DNA of 64,000 nt, from NCBI GenBank assembly GCA_043806135.1, contig JAZDHG010000031.1:1110-65109 (forward strand). The letters are read 5' to 3'. The stretch is from Candidatus Omnitrophota bacterium (GTDB lineage Bacteria > Omnitrophota > Gorgyraeia > B26-G9). The notes under the pieces are model-generated. The model saw only the letters and a program-made list of their open reading frames with translations. It was not told the DNA's origin and searched no databases. Shown in pieces: positions 59,435 through 64,000 of the stretch. The first letter of the stretch is position 1; every line of letters begins with the position of its first letter. The translations under genes and the position numbers were made by a program.

Positions 59435-61864
59435 ATGTTGGCAAAAGAAAAGATTGATTCCAGGGAAGGACAAGGACTTAAAAGTATTCAAAAAAGAGAC
59501 GGCCGGGTTGTTGTTTTCGATAAAACTAAAATAAGCAATGCAATTTTTAAAGCAGCTCAGTCGGTAGGGGGAGAAGATAAACTTCTTGCAGATGAGCTGG
59601 CAAACGCAGTTGTTTTGTTCCTGGAGAAGGAATACAAGGATAATGCTCCTGGTATCGAACAAATTCAGGATATTGTGGAAAAAGTGCTGATCGAAACCGG
59701 ACATGCTAAAACAGCAAAGGCCTATATACTTTATCGCGATAAGAGATCTAAAATCAGAACCAGCCTCAAAGTAAGAAAAAGAGTCAAAAGCCGCTCAAAT
59801 TCCACAGATCTTGCTCTTATGGTCACTCCATCTGCTAAAGATGATGTTTTGACCTGGGATAAAGGGAGGATCGCTCTTGCCTTGCAGAAAGAAGCTGGTA
59901 TCAGTGAAGACATAGCTATGGATGTAGCATCCTCCGTTGAGAAAAAAGTGTTTAACTCCGGGATGACCCAGATCTCAACATCTTTAATCCGCGAGCTGGT
60001 TGATAATGAGCTTTTTGACCGCGGTCTTGATAAAACGCTCTCTAAACAGACCTTGATCGGTATGCCGGCGTATGATTTAGATCAGCTGTTTTTTTCAAAA
60101 AGCTGTGAAAATTCTAATATCTCGGCCAATAATCCGGAAGCGGTTAATCTCTCCATTGCAGAAACGGTATTAAAACAGTATATTCTGCAGAATGTTTTCT
60201 CTGACGATGTGGCTAATGCTCATCTGCATGGAAGAATCCATATTCATGATTTAGGGTATCCAAGGGCATACTGCGGATCGCATTCTCTGGAATATATCAA
60301 AAAATACGGACTTGAATTAGGGAATCTTTTTACTGCCAGCGGTCCGGCAAAATACGCAAGAACACTTACCGGGCACCTTAATACATTTCTAGCCTCTCTT
60401 CAGGCCTATTACGCGGGAGCATTAGGAATAGGCTATGTCAATATTATGTATGCGCCATATCTTGAAGATATGTCTGAAAAAGAGATGAAGCAGGAAGCAC
60501 AATACCTGATTTTCTCTGCCTCACAAAATGCTTTTTCGCGCGGTTCTCAAAGCCTGTTTATTGATTTTAATGTCCATACAGGCGTGCCCGGATACCTGAA
60601 AAACATTCCGGCGATAGGGCCAAATGGTAAATATACGGGAAAGACGTACGGAGATTATGAGGATACGGCTATAAGATTTGCCAAAGCTATGCTTGATGTG
60701 TGGCGCGACGGAGATAGGGACGGTCGTGTGTTTGCGTTCCCGAAATGCGATCTTCATATCGGTGATGATACATTTAATGATCCCAGACAGCTGGAATTGC
60801 TCAAGTATGCATGCCTTATTGCCAGTGAAAACGGCACGACATATTTTGTTTTTGACCGCGGCGATGAAGCGATATTGTCACAATGCTGCCGTTTGCGGCA
60901 GAAGATCGATGATAAATATATGATCGAGCATCCTGAGAGTATGAGATTCTGCGGTTTTCAGAATATAACCATCAACCTGCCGCAGGCTGCGTACCGGGCA
61001 GGTAAAAATAATATGGATGGTTTGTTAAAAGAAATCGAAGGGGCGATGGACATTGCTGTAAAAGCACATCTTCAAAAAAAAGATTTTATTGCTAAGCTCA
61101 TGAGTGAGCCTGGCAAGCCTATGTGGGAAGTAGGAAAGCCGGCCAAGGACGGTCGGCCCTATATAGACCTTGAGAAAGCGACTTATATTATCGGTCTGAT
61201 CGGGCTTAATGAGTGTTTACAGTTTTTGACCGGATATGAGCTTCATGAATCAGAAGAAATATTCAAAACAGGCTTGAAGGTTATATCGTTCATGAACTAC
61301 AAGACAAGAGAATATGCCAAAAAGTATAACCTTAAGTTCTCTCTCGAAGAATCACCGGCAGAATCTGCCTGCCGTCGCCTGCCGAAAGTGGATATGCGGC
61401 AGTTCCCGGAAGCGGCTAATGTAATCAAAGGAGATCTTGATACAGACCAGTATTATTACACAAACAGTATTCACTTTAGAGCTGACGCGCCGATTGATCT
61501 GATTACAAGAATACAGAAGCAAAGCAAATTCCATACCATGATCGAATCAGGCGCTATTATCCATGCTTTTGTGGGAGAACAGAAACCGTCAATGGAATCA
61601 ATCCTCAATCTAGTAGAAAAAACATTTTCTCAGACTCAGACAGCACAGCTTACTATTTCCCCTGAGTTCACCTATTGTAATACCTGCCGTCAAACAGACC
61701 GAGGTATTGAGGAAAAATGCGGATCATGTTCTTCACTTGACGTTTACAGTGTAACAAGAATTGTGGGATACTTTAGCCGGGTTAACAACTGGAATCCATC
61801 AAAACTTGCAGAATTAGCTGACCGGCAGGCCGGCGATTATGCAGTAAAGGAAGAGAATAAATAA
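59435..61864 (+). CDS. nrdD: Anaerobic (class III) ribonucleoside-triphosphate reductase
   Basis: ATP cone(s), HIHDL, QCCRL finger loop, YYTNS, CxxC-CxxC, RIVGY glycyl-radical site. Confidence 0.95.
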   Translation: MLAKEKIDSREGQGLKSIQKRDGRVVVFDKTKISNAIFKAAQSVGGEDKLLADELANAVVLFLEKEYKDNAPGIEQIQDIVEKVLIETGHAKTAKAYILYRDKRSKIRTSLKVRKRVKSRSNSTDLALMVTPSAKDDVLTWDKGRIALALQKEAGISEDIAMDVASSVEKKVFNSGMTQISTSLIRELVDNELFDRGLDKTLSKQTLIGMPAYDLDQLFFSKSCENSNISANNPEAVNLSIAETVLKQYILQNVFSDDVANAHLHGRIHIHDLGYPRAYCGSHSLEYIKKYGLELGNLFTASGPAKYARTLTGHLNTFLASLQAYYAGALGIGYVNIMYAPYLEDMSEKEMKQEAQYLIFSASQNAFSRGSQSLFIDFNVHTGVPGYLKNIPAIGPNGKYTGKTYGDYEDTAIRFAKAMLDVWRDGDRDGRVFAFPKCDLHIGDDTFNDPRQLELLKYACLIASENGTTYFVFDRGDEAILSQCCRLRQKIDDKYMIEHPESMRFCGFQNITINLPQAAYRAGKNNMDGLLKEIEGAMDIAVKAHLQKKDFIAKLMSEPGKPMWEVGKPAKDGRPYIDLEKATYIIGLIGLNECLQFLTGYELHESEEIFKTGLKVISFMNYKTREYAKKYNLKFSLEESPAESACRRLPKVDMRQFPEAANVIKGDLDTDQYYYTNSIHFRADAPIDLITRIQKQSKFHTMIESGAIIHAFVGEQKPSMESILNLVEKTFSQTQTAQLTISPEFTYCNTCRQTDRGIEEKCGSCSSLDVYSVTRIVGYFSRVNNWNPSKLAELADRQAGDYAVKEENK

Positions 61865-62130
61865 TGAAAATAAAAATTTTCGGCAAAGAAGGCTGTGCCA
61901 AATGCCAGACGACAAAAAATAAATTCAAGCATTTTATCACTAAATTGGAAGTCGATGAGAAAGTAACGCTTGATTACCATGATATGGAGTCTATAGACGG
62001 CAGGGCTGAAGGGGCTTATAACGATGTCCTGCAGATCCCGACGACAATTATCGAAAAGAACGGAGAGGTTATTGCCCGCTGGGAAGGCGAGATCGCCTCA
62101 GATGAAATTAAAGCGCATCTAGTACAATAA
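61864..62130 (+). CDS. Thioredoxin/NrdH-like redoxin
   Basis: FGKEGCAKC, IPT cis-Pro motif; translationally coupled to nrdD. Confidence 0.8.
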   Translation: MKIKIFGKEGCAKCQTTKNKFKHFITKLEVDEKVTLDYHDMESIDGRAEGAYNDVLQIPTTIIEKNGEVIARWEGEIASDEIKAHLVQ

Positions 62131-62146
62131 GATTTGCAATAAACAC

Positions 62147-62192
62147 CCGAGAAGACAGGCCGCAGATTATAATGCCTGTCTTCTTGGTATTT
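62147..62192 (+). terminator. Hairpin, possible terminator or stabiliser
   Basis: ccgagaagacaggc/gcctgtcttcttgg followed by tatttt. Confidence 0.5.
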
Positions 62193-62207
62193 TAACCGGG
62201 CTTTCTG

Positions 62208-62927
62208 ATGAACAAAGAAATTATGTATCCGATCAAAGGTTTTAATCCTCATACATTCCTCGACTGGGAGGGCAAGATTGCCAGCGTTATCTATCTTCCC
62301 GGATGCAATTTTAGATGTCCTTTTTGTCACTCGAGCGCTCTTGTAACTGCCCCTGAATCACTTACTACTGTTGATTATGAATATATAAAAAGGTTTTTCC
62401 GTGAAAAACGCGGATGGATGGACGGAGTTATAATCGGAGGGGGAGAACCGACATTATATGAAAATCTTCCCGCGCTCCTGAGGGATATTAAAAATGAAGG
62501 GTTATTAACGAAATTGGATACCAACGGGACCAATACAGCGGTATTAAAAAAACTGATAGATGAAAAACTGCTCGATTACGTTGCCATGGATATAAAAGCT
62601 CCTCTTGATACACAGATGTATTCAAGTATAACTGCCAGTGATGCTGATGTGGTTACGATCAAACAAAGCATTGATTTGCTTATGAGTGCAGATATTGATT
62701 ATGAGTTTCGGACCACCGTAGTGCCAGGTTTTCTTCAGCGAAAAGATATCCTGAGCATTGCTCAAACAATAAAAGGTGCTAAAAGATATGTGCTGCAGCA
62801 ATTTTCTCCCAAGGATACACTGGAAAACAGTATGGCCCAAGTAAAACCGTATTCTGCAGATGTTTTAAAACAATTTGTCCAGCTGGCAAATGAATTTGTA
62901 AAAAACTGTTCTGTACGGGGTATATAG
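62208..62927 (+). CDS. nrdG: Anaerobic RNR activating radical SAM protein
   Basis: GCNFRCPFCH, GGEP, KLDTNG, AMDIK, YEFRTT. Confidence 0.92.
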   Translation: MNKEIMYPIKGFNPHTFLDWEGKIASVIYLPGCNFRCPFCHSSALVTAPESLTTVDYEYIKRFFREKRGWMDGVIIGGGEPTLYENLPALLRDIKNEGLLTKLDTNGTNTAVLKKLIDEKLLDYVAMDIKAPLDTQMYSSITASDADVVTIKQSIDLLMSADIDYEFRTTVVPGFLQRKDILSIAQTIKGAKRYVLQQFSPKDTLENSMAQVKPYSADVLKQFVQLANEFVKNCSVRGI

Positions 62928-63004
62928 ATAAACATAGGGTGTAGGGATTAGGGTGTAGGGGGTAAAAAAATAAAAATCAACTCCCGTCCCCCAAACCCTA
63001 TCCC

Positions 63005-63877
63005 TTGAATTTGGGGGATATATTGCAAAAAGAAGCCGCATATTACGAGAAGCAAAAATCAGGCAAGGTGCAATGTTTATTATGCCCTAAGAACTGTATT
63101 ATAGCCTGCGGGAAGCAAGGTTTCTGCCGCGCGCGCAAAAACATAGACGGGACTCTCTATAGTCTTGTTTTTGGCAAAACCACTGGGTTGGCTGTTGACC
63201 CTATCGAAAAAAAACCTTTATATCATTTTCATCCGGAAGAATTCATACTCTCTCTAGGGACGCGGGGCTGTAATTTAGCTTGTGTTTTCTGTCAGAACTG
63301 GAGGATTTCCCAAAATCCCAATGCGTATCTTGAAGATATTACAAAAGAGGAAATTGTTGCAGAGGCTATCCGCCGCAAGACTTTTGGCATTGCCTACACA
63401 TATAATGAGCCGTTTATCTGGTATGAGTTTGTAAGAGAAACAGCTATGCTGGCGAAGGGGAAAGGACTGGAAAACGTGCTGGTTACGAATGGATATGTGA
63501 ACCCTGAACCGCTTGAAGAGCTGTTGCCGTTTATCGGAGCAATGAACATTGATTTAAAGGCCATGGACGATCAATTTTACCGCTCAACATGCAAAGCGAC
63601 TTTGGATCCAGTGCTCAATACCATAAAAAGGGCAAAACAAAGTACGCATGTAGAATTGACTAATCTTATTATCCCGACACTCAACGACTCAAATGTTCAA
63701 ATAGAAAAATTAACAGAATGGGTTTTTAATAACACCGGCGCGGATACACCGCTTCACTTATCACGCTATTTCCCTTGTTACGAACTGAATCTGCCGCCGA
63801 CACCGGTAGAGACATTGCTGCGCGCAAAAGTGATCGCCGAAAAAAAATTAAAATATGTTTATCTGGGAAATGTTTAA
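63005..63877 (+). CDS. AmmeMemoRadiSam-system radical SAM enzyme (start may be TTG at 63023)
   Basis: CLLCP..C..G.C, DPIEKKPLYHF, GCNLACVFCQN, YTYNEP, YVYLGNV. Confidence 0.88.
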   Translation: MNLGDILQKEAAYYEKQKSGKVQCLLCPKNCIIACGKQGFCRARKNIDGTLYSLVFGKTTGLAVDPIEKKPLYHFHPEEFILSLGTRGCNLACVFCQNWRISQNPNAYLEDITKEEIVAEAIRRKTFGIAYTYNEPFIWYEFVRETAMLAKGKGLENVLVTNGYVNPEPLEELLPFIGAMNIDLKAMDDQFYRSTCKATLDPVLNTIKRAKQSTHVELTNLIIPTLNDSNVQIEKLTEWVFNNTGADTPLHLSRYFPCYELNLPPTPVETLLRAKVIAEKKLKYVYLGNV

Positions 63878-63895
63878 TCCAAATTTTTAATAAAT

Positions 63896-64000
63896 ATGGA
63901 AAAAAAATCAGGCGTAGTAACTACAGAAGATAAACAGAAAATATATTTTGATCATTACCAGGACGGCCATGATAAAGTTGCGGTTATTGCGCACGGCTTT
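63896..64000 (+). CDS. Probable alpha/beta hydrolase, N-terminal fragment (3'-truncated by the window edge)
   Basis: MEKKSGVVTTEDKQKIYFDHY...VIAHGF, with an HGF oxyanion motif. Confidence 0.55.
   Translation, partial: MEKKSGVVTTEDKQKIYFDHYQDGHDKVAVIAHGF

Overview
AT-rich (visually roughly 35-40% GC) bacterial chromosomal window, almost entirely coding on the + strand. Gene content suggests the PVC superphylum, possibly Candidatus Omnitrophota (inference, not shown by a search). In order it holds: a type IV pilus/T2SS-like locus (pilB, pilC, pilM-N fusion, a probable Amuc_1100-like PilO, a hypothetical, a secretin); polA, glgA, coaE, rho, rpmE, prfA, prmC, murA, rpsP, trmD, rplS, rnhB; a 960-aa RelA/SpoT-like protein with an N-terminal signal peptide; ygfA-rny-ymdB; a probably Na+-coupled V/A-type ATPase operon; ttcA; a low-coding region around tRNA-Glu(CTC); glycosylation genes; a PA2779/PA2778-like pair; a purine cluster; a tsaC-LMWPTP fusion, rpiB, glyA, a dCMP deaminase; and a class III ribonucleotide reductase operon with NrdR boxes. 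The strongest leads are (1) the apparently exported, catalytically degenerate RelA/SpoT homolog, (2) a structured leader motif found in four copies, each abutting a Shine-Dalgarno site and showing compensatory changes, and (3) a dense, modular population of intergenic palindromes and short tandem repeats, one of which sits in-frame inside purQ. No CRISPR array, rRNA or transposase was found. All homology calls come from motif recognition only; no database search was run.
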